64,000 nucleotides of DNA. Source: Chrysomallon squamiferum. Lineage: Eukaryota; Animalia; Mollusca. Positions 14,663 through 28,300 of this stretch are shown here, in pieces; the stretch's first letter is position 1; the number at the start of each line of letters is the position of its first letter. Below the pieces are notes generated by a model. It was given only the letters and a program-made list of their open reading frames with translations, was not told the origin of the DNA and did not search any database. The stretch is taken from contig CM022669.1 in NCBI GenBank assembly GCA_012295275.1, positions 3,906,001 to 3,970,000 of the forward strand, given 5' to 3'. The translations under genes and the position numbers were made by a program.

Positions 14663-15931
14663 TATTATATCCCTAATGCTAAAAGAAACATATTCTATGT
14701 CACAAAATGGTACTTCTGATAAGGTAATAATCCATTCCTATTTTATATTTACATTTATTAATTACAGACACAGTTATTTTTAAACTTCGAGTAAATGAAA
14801 TAGAGAAGAAGATAAAAATTAAATATCAAATCTCCCCTCTCATCATTTTAGTGTTGCTATCAAAAATTATTTATTTTATTGTTTTACTTTCAGTGCTGAT
14901 GGTGATTTTGTGGTGACACTACAGACAAAGGCGACTGTACATTATAACGGCTGGATTGTCTGGGAGCCGCCTGCCATCTACAAAAGTTACTGTGAAATTG
15001 ACGTGGAGTTCTTTCCTTTCGACATGCAGGAATGTTTTCTCAAATTCGGATCATGGTCGTATGATGGCACGGAACTTGACCTTCAGCACGTCTGCGACAA
15101 CGGTGTTGACGTCGGTAATAATACAATCGTCATAGACAGAGGGATAGATTTGAGGGATTTCTATGCTAACATAGAGTGGGACATTATCAATGTGACGGCA
15201 CGACGCAAGGTGAAATATTACACTTGCTGTCCGGAGCCATACCCTGACATACTGTTCAACGTGACACTGCGCAGGCGCACACTGTTTTATACGCTGAACC
15301 TCATCATGCCTTGTATTTCAATATCCTGTCTCACAGTTCTTGTGTTTTATCTTCCAGCCGACAGTGCCGAGAAAATCACATTGTGTATTTCTATTCTCCT
15401 CGCTTTGACTATGTTTTTCTTGTTACTTTCTGACATAACTCCGCCCACATCACTCGTCATACCCTTGATTGGCAAATATTTACTCTTCGTCCTAATTGTC
15501 GTGTCGATGTCCATCTTCTTGACAGTCTACACTCTACATATAAACTATAATGCTCCCACTACTCACAAAATGTCGCCATGGGTCCGGAAAGTATTTACAG
15601 AAATACTGCCTAGAATTCTTTTAATGAAACGTCCCGTTTTCAGGAAATATCCCACTATTACTGTTAGAACTTGTAATGGAACTGAAATAAAGAACAGCGC
15701 GCCACGTCAGCATCACGTGACTGGCATACATATGAAAATGTCAGACGACAGCCGTCGGAGGAACCCGAGGAAACCCGAGTCAGGTACTCGCCAAGAGTGA
15801 GAGAGGCCTTATATGGAGTCAAATTTATTGCTGATCACTTGAAGAGAGAAGATGAAGATATGAGGGTTTGTAGACAGTTTCAAAAGTTCATAATAATATA
15901 TAAAGACTCACACTGATATATATATTTAAAA

Positions 15932-15962
<31 letters not shown>

Positions 15963-16350
15963 CAATAATAATAATAAAAAAACAAAAATATATATATTAT
16001 TTTTTATGTGGGCGACCGCAAGGTGCCGCAATGTCTAAAGATAAATGTCAGATGTTTTTTTTTTCTTGTTTTTCTTTCTGTTATCGCTTAAGTCGAAATT
16101 ATTTAAATTTTATTATTTATTTGTCATAATTACATTTTTACATGTAATTAAATATATTTTAATACCTGCCATCTATATATAACTCTTCAGTTTATAAGGC
16201 TTCTTAATCATAATTATTATTTATTATTTTAGAATGTATATGCCCGAATACATATGTGCCATATGGAGAGAGAAATAGATAGAAACACAGCTAGATAGAA
16301 AAGACAGAGAGACCGATTTCAAACTGACACATTGAAATAGAGCTATAGAT

Positions 16351-16385
<35 letters not shown>

Positions 16386-16769
16386 TAAATAGATAGATAC
16401 CTAAGCAGATAGGTAGACAAGTAATTGGGTGAATTGATTAGTGATAGACTTACAGAAGAAGGAGACACAGACAAATGTTTTTGAAAATATGAACATACCT
16501 GGTTCTATTTTTAACAGTTTTCAATTTTCATGAAACAACGCACACCTATTTAAAATAAACAAATAACGAACTAATTATAGATTTATTTTCTTTTATAGGA
16601 AGTGCGGGACTGGAAGTACATTGCTATGGTGATGGACAGATTTTTTCTGGTGATATTTACAACAGCTTGTTTCTGCGGAACTGTCAGTATTTTCTTATTC
16701 GCGCCGTCTTTGTACGATCCTCGCTTACCGCTGGCCAATGAAGATCCAAATAACACATGTGTTTTCTGA
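13820..16769 (+). CDS. Nicotinic acetylcholine receptor alpha-type subunit, cassette 2 (5' exons not found). Exons 13820-13864, 14375-14484, 14894-15865, 16599-16769
   Basis: Same exon phases and sizes as cassette 1 (45/110/~973/171 nt); [15 protein letters not shown]; loop [10 protein letters not shown]; identical M2. A 1-nt deletion in the A-run at ~15689-15691 shifts the frame; restoring it gives ..[35 protein letters not shown], colinear with cassette 1. Confidence 0.93.
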
Positions 16770-17454
16770 CGTTTTGTCTCTGCTTCACTTATCACTTGTT
16801 TTGAGTGGAACTAACAACGTGGCATCTTCAATGCCTTTAAACTATACGCAAGAAAAAAGAACGTAAAAGAATGGTTAGTCATTTGTATAAATATTAAATT
16901 AGTTACTAACATGCTAGCATATATATGTATGTATCCGATCCACGAACTTGTAGACAGACACACACACACACAAACTCACAGATATAATATTATATGCACA
17001 CTGACATTTACACACATATGTACTACATTGATAAAAATACGTACAAAAAATATGTAGAAACACAGTTTGTGTCTTAATCTGACAAAGAAATGTATTTTTT
17101 CAAACGTTTATGCTTTTTCGCTTCAAACTAAAAGGAATAATTATTTGTTTTATTCGTTAAACGGGAATTGTGGAATAAAATTAATTTCAAGTCGCAGTTT
17201 TGAAGTGTATATTTTTTTTTTCAGTTTCTCTGTCTAAGAAACTACAAACAACTTGCACTAATACTTTTTAACATGACCAATATCTTTGGAAATTAATTCA
17301 CAGCGCGTTCAATTTGCCAACTGTGAAGCCATTAAATCGTGTATGTTCATTTAAGTGAACTTGGCTGATGCAGCTGGCGTTATAAAACTAATTCAACCAG
17401 GTGCGGGGCTTGTAAAATTAAAACCACATGCGGAATGTACAGTCTCTCTGATTG

Positions 17455-17714
17455 TTAGCATAACACTCCCGGCCTGAGATGTTCTCTGCGCTGCTTTATC
17501 GCATTGTAGATATACACAGCAAAGTCATTACAGACTGCATCTCTCTTGCCAAAATTTTCCCTTAGCCTTTCCTTTTTCTTTCGAATATTGCTCCGGAGTA
17601 TATAACTTGATGTCATCCGTGCCCTGGGCCTTATTAACCCTAAGGTTTCATGGATTTCGTGTCTCACTTCGGTTAAAACACCTTTAACCATGAAAACATA
17701 CGGCACACATAACA
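17455..17714 (-). CDS. Possible terminal exon of a small secreted or prohormone-like protein (unidentified)
   Basis: GC-richer island after the acceptor ..ttctgcggcag; open frame LCVPYVFMVKG..RKKKERLRENFGKRDAVC..GVLC*; no upstream exon found. Confidence 0.3.
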
Positions 17715-18885
17715 CTGCCGCAGAAAAAAGAGGAATAAATAAATAAATAAATAAAATAAAATAAAATAAAATAAATAAAAATAAAATAACATAAAATAAA
17801 ATAAAATAATTGATAAATAAATAAATGAAATAAATAAATAATCTTCATAGGCCACTTGGTTTCAGCGTATTGAGCCTTATTAATAATATGGCCCTCTATA
17901 GGTGCCTGTGCCTTTCACACAGATGAAGTTTTATTTTTTATTTTTTTTTATTTATTTATTTATTTTTTTTAAATCTCTTTATGTTTTCGTTAATTATACC
18001 ATTAATATAAAAAAGTATGAAATGTCAAATGACGATATTATTATTCTTATTATTATTATTATTAATAGTAGTAGTAGTAGTAGTTCTAATTAATTGTGTC
18101 AAATTATTCTAATAAAAGCTGATTTTATCATTAATATTCCATCCCCTGTTACAAACCGAATTACTGTTCATGTGATAGGCGTAAGTCAACATCAGAGCTG
18201 TGATAGAAAGTAGTATCAAATACGTTTAGTGCGTTCTTTGACATATTTCACGTTCCAACCAGCTCCTTATGGCCGTTTTGTCAACAGTGATGCTCTGTAT
18301 CGAAATGGAAATTGGGAAGGTATATATAAAATATTCCTTCTTGCTAATTTTTAAGAAAAGTCCATGATAAGTTGGTATTGAAATCTCTCGTTCATATTAT
18401 GTTGCAAAGAAAACACTAACTTGGCAACGATTAAACGTGTTCTTATTTATATTCACAGTCATTCGGTAGGTAACGTTTTGTATATTTTTTGTCACTGGAC
18501 TGCTTTGTAAAAGATTAAGGTTTTCAGTATGTTTTTTCTGAAAAGATGTTAATCGATCGTTAACAGGTATTGTTACTATCATTATCGCTTTAACAGCCAT
18601 TAAAAAAAAAAAAAAAGAACAAAAAAACAATATTATTAACATATAAGCAGATTGCTAAAACATCCAGAAATTTGTCTTTTTCGTTATATATCTTTTACTC
18701 TTTTTTTGTTTGTTCTATAAGATAAAAGATAATAAAATATTTGTGTGCTACTCTAAAGCCAACACTATTCCTACTGCTCTGCAGCTAAAAGTACTACTAC
18801 TACTACAATTACTGAAAACATTACGATAATCGTATACAAGGACCGGAAATATTAAGCGATGATAATTAGAACTAATAAGCATATT

Positions 18886-19081
18886 AATTACAACTGAAAA
18901 ACAAAAAGAAAGGTAAATAAAATCCAAGTTTGTACATAAGCAGAATAGTTAATTATTTTATTTTATTTTTATTAATTAATAATGTTCTCCTTTAACTGTA
19001 GAACGGAGAATCCCTCTTCGCACTGTAGTTTCTGATTAAGTGTTAAGTTTTGCGAATATCAAAAAAAAAAAAAATAAATAA

Positions 19082-19156
<75 letters not shown>

Positions 19157-20296
19157 AAATTAATAAAAAGTTAATGGAGCAGATATCTGTGTCTGTGTTT
19201 GTAGAAATCAAAAACACAGGAAGGTAGAATGATGTGAACAAGAGGTCAAATATACACATTTGTAGTGTTCATTACTGATTCAGATTAATAATATTATTCA
19301 GTTTAAATGGTTATTCATTTATGTTTTATTTGTGGGGTTTTTTTTACTGGATAATGGCTCGTTTACCCAGAATTAGGACGGGTTTTAAAAATATATCAAA
19401 TTATGTTTACGTTCCAATGAACTAGTGATAAAAAATATTTCGAAATTATGTTTTGTAAAACGTCCTCAAGTATGTCTTTCATTCGGAATACGTCGGCCAG
19501 TTACGTTTCTTCAATTGGCTGGTTGCATCGGCCGAGGAGTTCCGAAAATGGAAAACATATAATTTATGGAGGTTACCTTCTGAAAAGATATAAAATGTTC
19601 TACCAGATACAAATTAAAAGTGAATCCTTCAATACGTAGTTCACATCAGTACATGTTATAGTTACATTTTTTTTTTTTTTTTTTTTAGAATTATTATTAT
19701 TATTACATCATTTTATTGCAGTTTATTTAATTGGCCAATGAGCAATTCACCTAGACGAATTCAGTTGTTGAAATGTAAAACGTAATTATTATTATCGTAA
19801 TGGCGTCCGAACGATTGAAAAGATTGAACTTAGAAGTAAATTATATGTCATGGTATTCAGGTTAACCACAAACAGAGAAGGCAGGTCTATTAAATTAAAC
19901 CTTAATCATTGTTATGTAGTCGGAGTTGTGGACAAAATAAAGATTAGATATTGCCACTTGCTATTGTTGATCAAGAAACATGGAGTGCAGTTTGTTGCAT
20001 TATCACAGTACGGCAGTGACAGAAAACAATCAACGGTTTGTCATTTGGAAACAAAGTTGATCAAATGTCTGATGAAATCACGTAATTATTCTGTCAGCCT
20101 CTCAGTCTGTTGTAAATTGAATGTCTAACATTCAATTTTTGTCTTAACAGAAATTTGGATGTTAGTTTTAGTTAATCATAATGATAATGCCTCGAATATA
20201 AATGATACTACATGTAACAATCAATTTTCTAGTACTGTCATTTATTAATTTAAATAACATTTATGGCTGTGAAGGAAAACTAAATATTTAAAATTG

Positions 20297-20331
<35 letters not shown>

Positions 20332-20988
20332 ATTATTTATTTTATTTTATTAATTTTTTTAATAATATATGCATTATTTTATATTGAAATGCTGCTTTCC
20401 AATAACTGTCATAATACAAGTTTACCCAAAATATCAAAAAAACAACCCAACTCCATCTACAGTAATCAACAATAATATATATTTATTTCTGTATATATAC
20501 ATCTTTCTACTAATATTAAAAAAAAAGTACAGATACATATTTAAATAAAACAAGTTTAATTTTTAAGGTATTTCATTTTAATTACACCAACTAAAAAGAG
20601 AAAAAAGAAGTAAAAATACCTGTATAAATAATAACAGTCAGGTTTAATGTATTAAATTTTAGTCAGATTACACTTATTATGACAAAATATGTAATTCACT
20701 TATTTAAGAAATGTAATAAATCATACAGTAACTGAAATAAGAAAATTGCATTTCCCCTATTAGTTCATTTTACATTGGTTAAATTTGATAAAATGTATAT
20801 AAATAAGTTGTTTGATTATTTGTAACTCTTAAACCAAACCTTTAAGATGGAAAAACATCTAAATATATCCTGCATTTCTTCTGACTTACATTTATTTATT
20901 TTCTTTTGCTGTTTTTTTTTTGTTTGTTTGTTTTTTGTCTTAATTATTAATGAAGTAAAACAAACAAACAAATAATAATAATAATAGT

Positions 20989-21027
<39 letters not shown>

Positions 21028-22024
21028 TTAAATAAATAAAAAAATAAATAAATAAAATAAAAAAATAAAAAAATGTAGTTTCAAAATATTTTCACCATGC
21101 CATTTTTTTTTGTAATCATATTTGAGGTTTTTCATTCTAGGCAGACCAATATAGTCCAATTCTTTATTTTCTGTTTTAGTAAAAATTATTATTTTTAAAA
21201 GTGGCATTTAAATGTTTTATATGAATGTTATTTAATTATTACTCTTAATTATAATCAATATGTCAGCGAAAACAAAAACATAATAACTTGAAAGTGTGAA
21301 AAAGAATTTTCTTAGACTGCCAGAGATACATTCTAAGTCTTGTTTTCAGAAAATAATGTGATCTAATTTTTCCTCTTCAATATTCAGACACTCAAGTTGA
21401 AGGTATGGATGACATCGTGTTTCAAAAGTTGCTAGTCCTGTAGTGATGGTTTTTAACAAAAATTCTGAAAATAAAACAAATATATAAAATTAACATCAAA
21501 AAGTAAGTAAAAATAATGTAATATTAAATAGAAACAACTGTAAACATAATAAAATGCATCAAATTAAATTATTGTGAAGATTTACTGTTTCATATACTTA
21601 GTGAATTGCCTAATTGTAGTTTGTGATTGGTACAAAAAACAAAACAAAAAACATGTTATGTGATCCCAGACTTATTCCAAACATCTTGAGGTTAATCAAC
21701 TTGTAATTATAAACTTGTTAAATAATTTGTTATCTTCATGTCCATAAATATCATTAATTAATTATCAGATCTTAACTTTATCATTATAAAATGGAATGTG
21801 ACATATGAATTGAATTATTAAAAAAAAAAACAAGGGACTTGATATGGCACAAACATATGACACAAAATAAAATATGTCATGGTTAACACTTAAGAATTAT
21901 ACATGAAGAATATTTAGAGAATAATTAAAAATGCTGCAACAATAATTAAGATTTAAAATCAGCAGTTTTGTATTTTGTTTTAAAAAAAATAAAATAAAAA
22001 TAAAATTAAATTAAAAAAAATTAA

Positions 22025-22081
<57 letters not shown>

Positions 22082-22090
22082 AACAATAAT
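18886..22090. repeat. Segmental duplication, copy a1 (matches 61141-64000)
   Basis: Colinear near-identity starting at aattacaactgaaaaacaaaaagaaaggtaa; scattered SNPs; ~20900-21195 is absent from the second copy. Confidence 0.95.
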
Positions 22091-24111
22091 AAAATATGTT
22101 TTATAGAATTTTTCAAAAAATTAATAAAGAAATAAATATCTTAAAATTAGATAGCTTAAAATATTAAAACACTGCCCCCACTCTGTCAGAATAATTAATT
22201 TTCAATGTATGTAATAAAATACCTTGTAAGGTGCTATAGAATATGTATATAAGACTGAAAAAAAAAAAAAATGTGCATCTTATGACACTGTAAAATGTTT
22301 AAAAAATTGAATAAAAGCTTGGTAAGTTATTAAAACAACCATAGGACACATTTTTACTGAAGTAATATGGCAGAGTGAAAGGTAACGCACCATCTATTGT
22401 CAAGTTGTTGATATTCATTGATCCACGCTTAACTCTCATGTAAACACATCTTTTCACTTGGAAGCTGTCACAAAGCAGCATAAGAAAACTTTTTCACAGG
22501 TGAATCAACTTGATTATATCCAGAAAACTATAAATAAAGCACCAATATTAGCAATGAGTGGGTGTGTTTATGCATGTGCATGTGTGTGTATGTCAGTGTG
22601 TGCATTTATTTATTTATTTATCTTTTTTATTTTATTATATTTTATTTTATTTTATTTTATTTTATTTTATTTGTATTCCATAAAATCCAGTGAATATCGA
22701 ACACTCTCATTATAGTTAACACATTTTTTCAAAGAAATTTTTAATTAATACCAGCTTTAATAAATTAACGAGATGTTAAAATTACCTGATTAACAAAAAC
22801 CTCTCCCTGCTGCTGAAGAACTGTCTGAAGATCCTTCCATTCTTCACAAGATAAACACAGAAGTCTGCGAACAAGATCAGCACTGCGAAATGAAACCACA
22901 GCAGAAGCACTTCCATCATCAACCAGCACACTTCACAAGTAAAATAAACCAATAAATAAATAAATAAGTAAATAAACAAATAAGTAAACAGAATAATAAA
23001 TAAAAATGGCAGACAGGAATAATCTAAAAAATTACTATCTTTATTTTTATAAATGGATATTTGTACTAAAATGTTTTTAAAAATAATAAGAAATTATTCA
23101 GAAACGAAACCTAAATATTTTCAAAACTTAATACAAAAAAATATATATTCAGAATCTTATGAATAATAACATGCTTTCATTTCAGTAATAAAATAACAAC
23201 AGTTTAATATCAAACCTGGCTTGTGCGGATACTTCTGATGAACTGATGCTACTGGCACATGCTTTGAGAGTAGAACTTGAGTTGTAACCTGTAGGTACCA
23301 TGCGAAAGACAGTTTCATGAATGTGCAGATGTGACAGTTGACTTGAAAATGTCCTGGTGTAGAGTTATTGTACAAATCTGCTAGAAACAGTGGCTTAGAT
23401 ATTAGAACTTCATCTTTAAATGTGTGCAGTGCTGGCTGTGATAACAAACTAAAAAAAAAACAAAAAAACATTCATCACATAATAAATTTCCTGTTCCAAC
23501 TTTTAAATTGGCTTCTCACACGTAAATTGCTATTTTTTGGTAAATTCCTATTCCAACTTGTGGCTCCTTAATGGCTATGACATGGATTTTGATCCTAGCT
23601 TGTGCACCAAAACTGGCAAATCATATGCTGTAAAAACTGTTTACTGTTTACAGCAAATTCCCAATCTAGCCAGCACCATAAGATGTATGCATTATATCTA
23701 TGGCAAAATGCTTATAAACACTTCCACATTTCTCACTGATAAAAGTAGCCCCTGAATGGCAGTTGTGGATAATCACTCTCATGAATGTTATTATATTTAA
23801 AAAAAAATAAAATAAAAAAAGTGTTAAACTTGATGCAAATAAATATTCCCTGTGATGTTAAATGGTCATCAACAGATTTATTCACAGATTTTTAAAAAAA
23901 AAAAATGAAGGTAGGAAATAAATTAACATTTATCGATTTAAATTACAATTTAATATCAATTCTTAGCCAAGTTCCTGCTAAAACAAATTAAATGTTTTAC
24001 TATAAGTGTTTTATCTATCAGAGTAACAGGTGCACCCCCCCACCCCCCACACACAAACACACAACAGAACTTTGTGTAATCTATTTACCTAGAATTATCT
24101 GAATAGATTTT

Positions 24112-24161
<50 letters not shown>

Positions 24162-25156
24162 CAGAACTTTGTGTAATCTATTTACCTAGGAGTATCTGAA
24201 TGGATTTTAAACACAGACACAGTGGACACTGGGATGAACAGACAATTACACTGTACCAGCTGCTGACAGGTGTCTTTCCAGGCTGAGGTAAACATCACAC
24301 CCTGCATCTAGTACCAGTCCCAGGGGATAGGACAGATTAGTCAGGTTCATGTAGACACACACAGAACTAGTCTGACTATCACCAACCTGAACACACAGAC
24401 TTGTACCATACATCACTGATACACCTGCAATTGTAATCATTATGATCTTTTAAAATTACATAAATCTTTACCATCATAACAGATATACCTGCAGTTATAT
24501 TTATTATAATAATAATTATCATCATCTTAATAGTAATCTATTCTATTCTGGGTTTTATTTTAACTATATCAAAAATGTATATAAAAATTAGTTTAAAATG
24601 TAACTAAACTGATATCTGTAACTTAGTGGCATTTCTTTATGATGTTGCTAAATTAACAAAATGTTTAATTTGCCAAAACATCTTTTTGATATTTACTGAT
24701 GGAATACTACTTTTACATTACCCTAAATAAAAAGAAATGAATTTAAAAAAATAAAAACAATAAAAAAATAAATAAATGTAAGGGATATAAAATAATATCC
24801 TCCTCCATTCAATCATATATGATTTTATTACTGGCATTCAGTTAAATTAACCTAGTAATTCTGTATGATGAGAAATTTAACATCTGAAACAACAGGTATT
24901 GACTTAAGATATGATTATTTTCAACAAACCTGATGTTTTTTATTTCTGCTCTCCAGTTCATCACTGCTGCACATTTTAAACACCTTTGTGTCAGGCAAAT
25001 GTTTCCTGGACAAAATCATACCCTTAATACTCACCAAAGTACCTGAAAAACTATAAAAAACAATATTTAAGGATATTATTAATTTATAAAATATTGTTAC
25101 AAAAGAAAAATATTTCATAAATTTTTCTATCTGTTAAAAACCTATTTTTTAATTTC

Positions 25157-25191
<35 letters not shown>

Positions 25192-25300
25192 CTGTTTTTG
25201 TTGTTAGTGAACCTTTTAAATTATAATTTTCTTCATCATTATAATTCTTTCAAATTATCATTAGCATCATCCTTATCATTATAATTTTTTCATTTTATTA

Positions 25301-25332
<32 letters not shown>

Positions 25333-28300
25333 TTTTACTTTTTGTTTTCTTCTTTTGGACGTTTAAATAAAATGTTGAACAAACAATAATTATAGCAACA
25401 TCTTAATACATTATTAACAGTAACAGTCAGTGAACAAGTGGTTTGTGAAACTTGTTTCTGTTACTCTGAGGTCAACTCTTAGGAATGAACAGCAAGGTCT
25501 CTTTTTCAAACACTATTCCATAAACAAAATGCATATACATTCATATGTGGATAAACTGAAAATTGCACAGTAAGGGACTGATCCTGGATTATACTGAACT
25601 TCAGGACAACACTATTCTTTGATCGAACTACTAAATTATTATAAAATGTCAATATAATTTGGACAGCAAAATATTAAATACAAACCAAACCTTTCAGCTA
25701 ATATTTCCTTCACTGTGACAAATGGGGCTGGTTCAAATTTTTTGTCTGATTTCCTAAAGGTTAAACAAATTTACTGTTAATAAAATACATTTAGATAAAT
25801 CTTCAAATGAACAAAAATAAAATAAAAATAAAAATAACTTAATAATAAAATAATAATAATAATAATAATAATAAAATTCATGACAATTAAGTAATTAAAA
25901 TATACATTATTATCAGTAACTGCAAAACTGCATGATAAAGGAAGACCTGTGCCAGTTGTACAATAAGCTGCTTTTTTTTTGATATCGGCAAAGGATCTTT
26001 TATATTCACATTATAACATATGACATATTCAAATATAGTTTTCTGAGTAGACAGAAGAATGCAAAAAAAGCCATTAGTTATCCCAAACAAATAAATAAAG
26101 ATTGGTTTCAAATTAGATTAACATTTTCTACATACATTGCTATAGGTATTCAGCTAGCAAATAATTAAAGCTCAGAATAATTAGTCAAATTTTAAAAATA
26201 AAGTTGGTACAATAACACAAAATATACAAAATGAGGAAACATACTTTAGAAAATTGTTTTAGAATGACTTTTCAATATTAATATCTTCATCAGCTTCAAA
26301 ACACATCCTGGCTTTGGAAAATTCAACAGCTTTCTTTAACTTTTGCTTCATAAAGTTTGTAGCTTTAAACACAGGCTTGTTTGTCTCGGCTCTAAGTCTG
26401 TAAAATGTCTCTGTTTCCAAGGAATCGTGCCATCTGACAGATTTGCCTGAGAAACCAAAACTACTGGTTTTAAACTTGTGTTCAGTCCTGACATCACACA
26501 CAGAATTCTTTCCACCATCATCTGATATTCTCTACTGGGGATTTTTGGTTGAAAGGTTCAATCTGGCGTTCTGTTTGGAGTTTTCAGTACTTGGTAATTC
26601 TTTTTGCCATTTCTGGTTGTATGGCTCATTGGCGGATATTCTGCTTTTTGGTTTCACAACTGGATGGTTCATCAGTGATATTCTTCTTTGGTTTCAGATC
26701 CTTAGATGGCTCATTAGCTGATGCTCTGTTTTATTTCTGAACCCATTAAATCCTGGCCATTGTATGAATTTATTTTTCTTTTTGCGCCAAGATTCCGTTA
26801 GTTCAGACTCATCGACAAAATAACCAGAAGAGAATCCCAGTGACACACCAGAACTGAAAGATTTAACCATCAGAGATTCTAAATGGGTGACATACACCAG
26901 CTGGGAGTTTCTTTCAGAGAACTCATACCCTCACACCCAAACCTTCACCATCATCAGTCTTTGCTGGTTTGGAGAAAGTTGGTTTACTTTCACTAGATAG
27001 CAAAAGAACAATTACCGATCTGTCAAACTGCAATGCAAATATATCACATAATTTGACTGAAGGCGTCGATACTTCAGCTACTAACTCTGTCTCTGGTTCA
27101 CACAGCACCACTGTACTCAGATACAATTTTTCAGTTATGATTTCACTTTATTTACTGAAACCATTTATTGGTCTGGCTGACTCTAGGACATGCTATAGGT
27201 TTTCAGGTGAGATCTGAACAAGATTCGTCACAGGTGTGTTTGTGAGACACCTGAGACACAACTATAATTCTTCCTGTATCTGACAGAAGGTCAGATGTCA
27301 AATTAGGAAAACTCAAATAATCCAGTGAGAATCTGGAAAAAAAAGAATGTAATGTTATTTTAAATGGTGAATGATAAATTCAACACAATGATAATGTGAA
27401 TGTGTGCAAATGATTGAGCAGAACATCTCAGTATTAATTATATAACTATGTTTTGATAAAAACTTTAAAAATGCTGGTTCAAAGTAGGTATATATTATTT
27501 ATCAATTTTATAATCTATGTTTTGTGATAAAAAAAATAAAAATACTTCAAAGTTCAAAGTAGGTATATACTATATACCTGTGATAGAACTGTAATAGTGA
27601 AACTTCTGGAACTTGTAAAGTAGGAACATACTGCATCCATATTCTGATTTATGCAAACTTTAATACAGCAATTCCTTACCTGTTGAGGATTCTTCCCAAT
27701 GACAGGGAGATAACCCAGCTATGCATGTTTACTGTAGGTGTGTTCAGAAACCCTCAGAGAGTACATACTATTTAGAATATCAGGGTTTGTTTCCAAACTT
27801 TTAGCTGAATGTATCAACTTTCTGATTTGTTGCAGCATGGGTATTCTTCTGGATGACTGGAATACAGTGAAGAAATAGTTTATGTACAACATCCTGACAT
27901 AATTTTAATACAGTGTTTAATTGCTTTTAATAAATATATTTACATAGTTTGATTTATTGGTACCAAATCACTGGCTGCTTGTGACTTACTTTGAAATCAA
28001 AGTAACAAAACTTCCTGACATCATAATTATTATGATAATACTCAAAAATTATAACCCTGCTTTTTATTTAAAATCAATTTCTCCAAATAATTCCATGACT
28101 AATTTCATAATAAAACATTTCTCTTAAGCTAAATAATAATCTATGTATTTAAAACAAGAAATTATATTTTTCCATCTTCATCTCTTATAACAAAATAAAA
28201 TACCTCAGTTCTGTTATCAGACAATGATGAGGAGCACTCAGAAGCTCAGCACAGGATTTAGGTCGTTTCTCATGTAACAAATGATGATATAATTTGGAAC

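Noticed and set aside
7842-15691. Calling both nAChRs pseudogenes because of single frameshifts
   Set aside because: Both are 1-nt losses in A-runs, with strong amino-acid conservation on both sides; the same error mode is seen throughout the window
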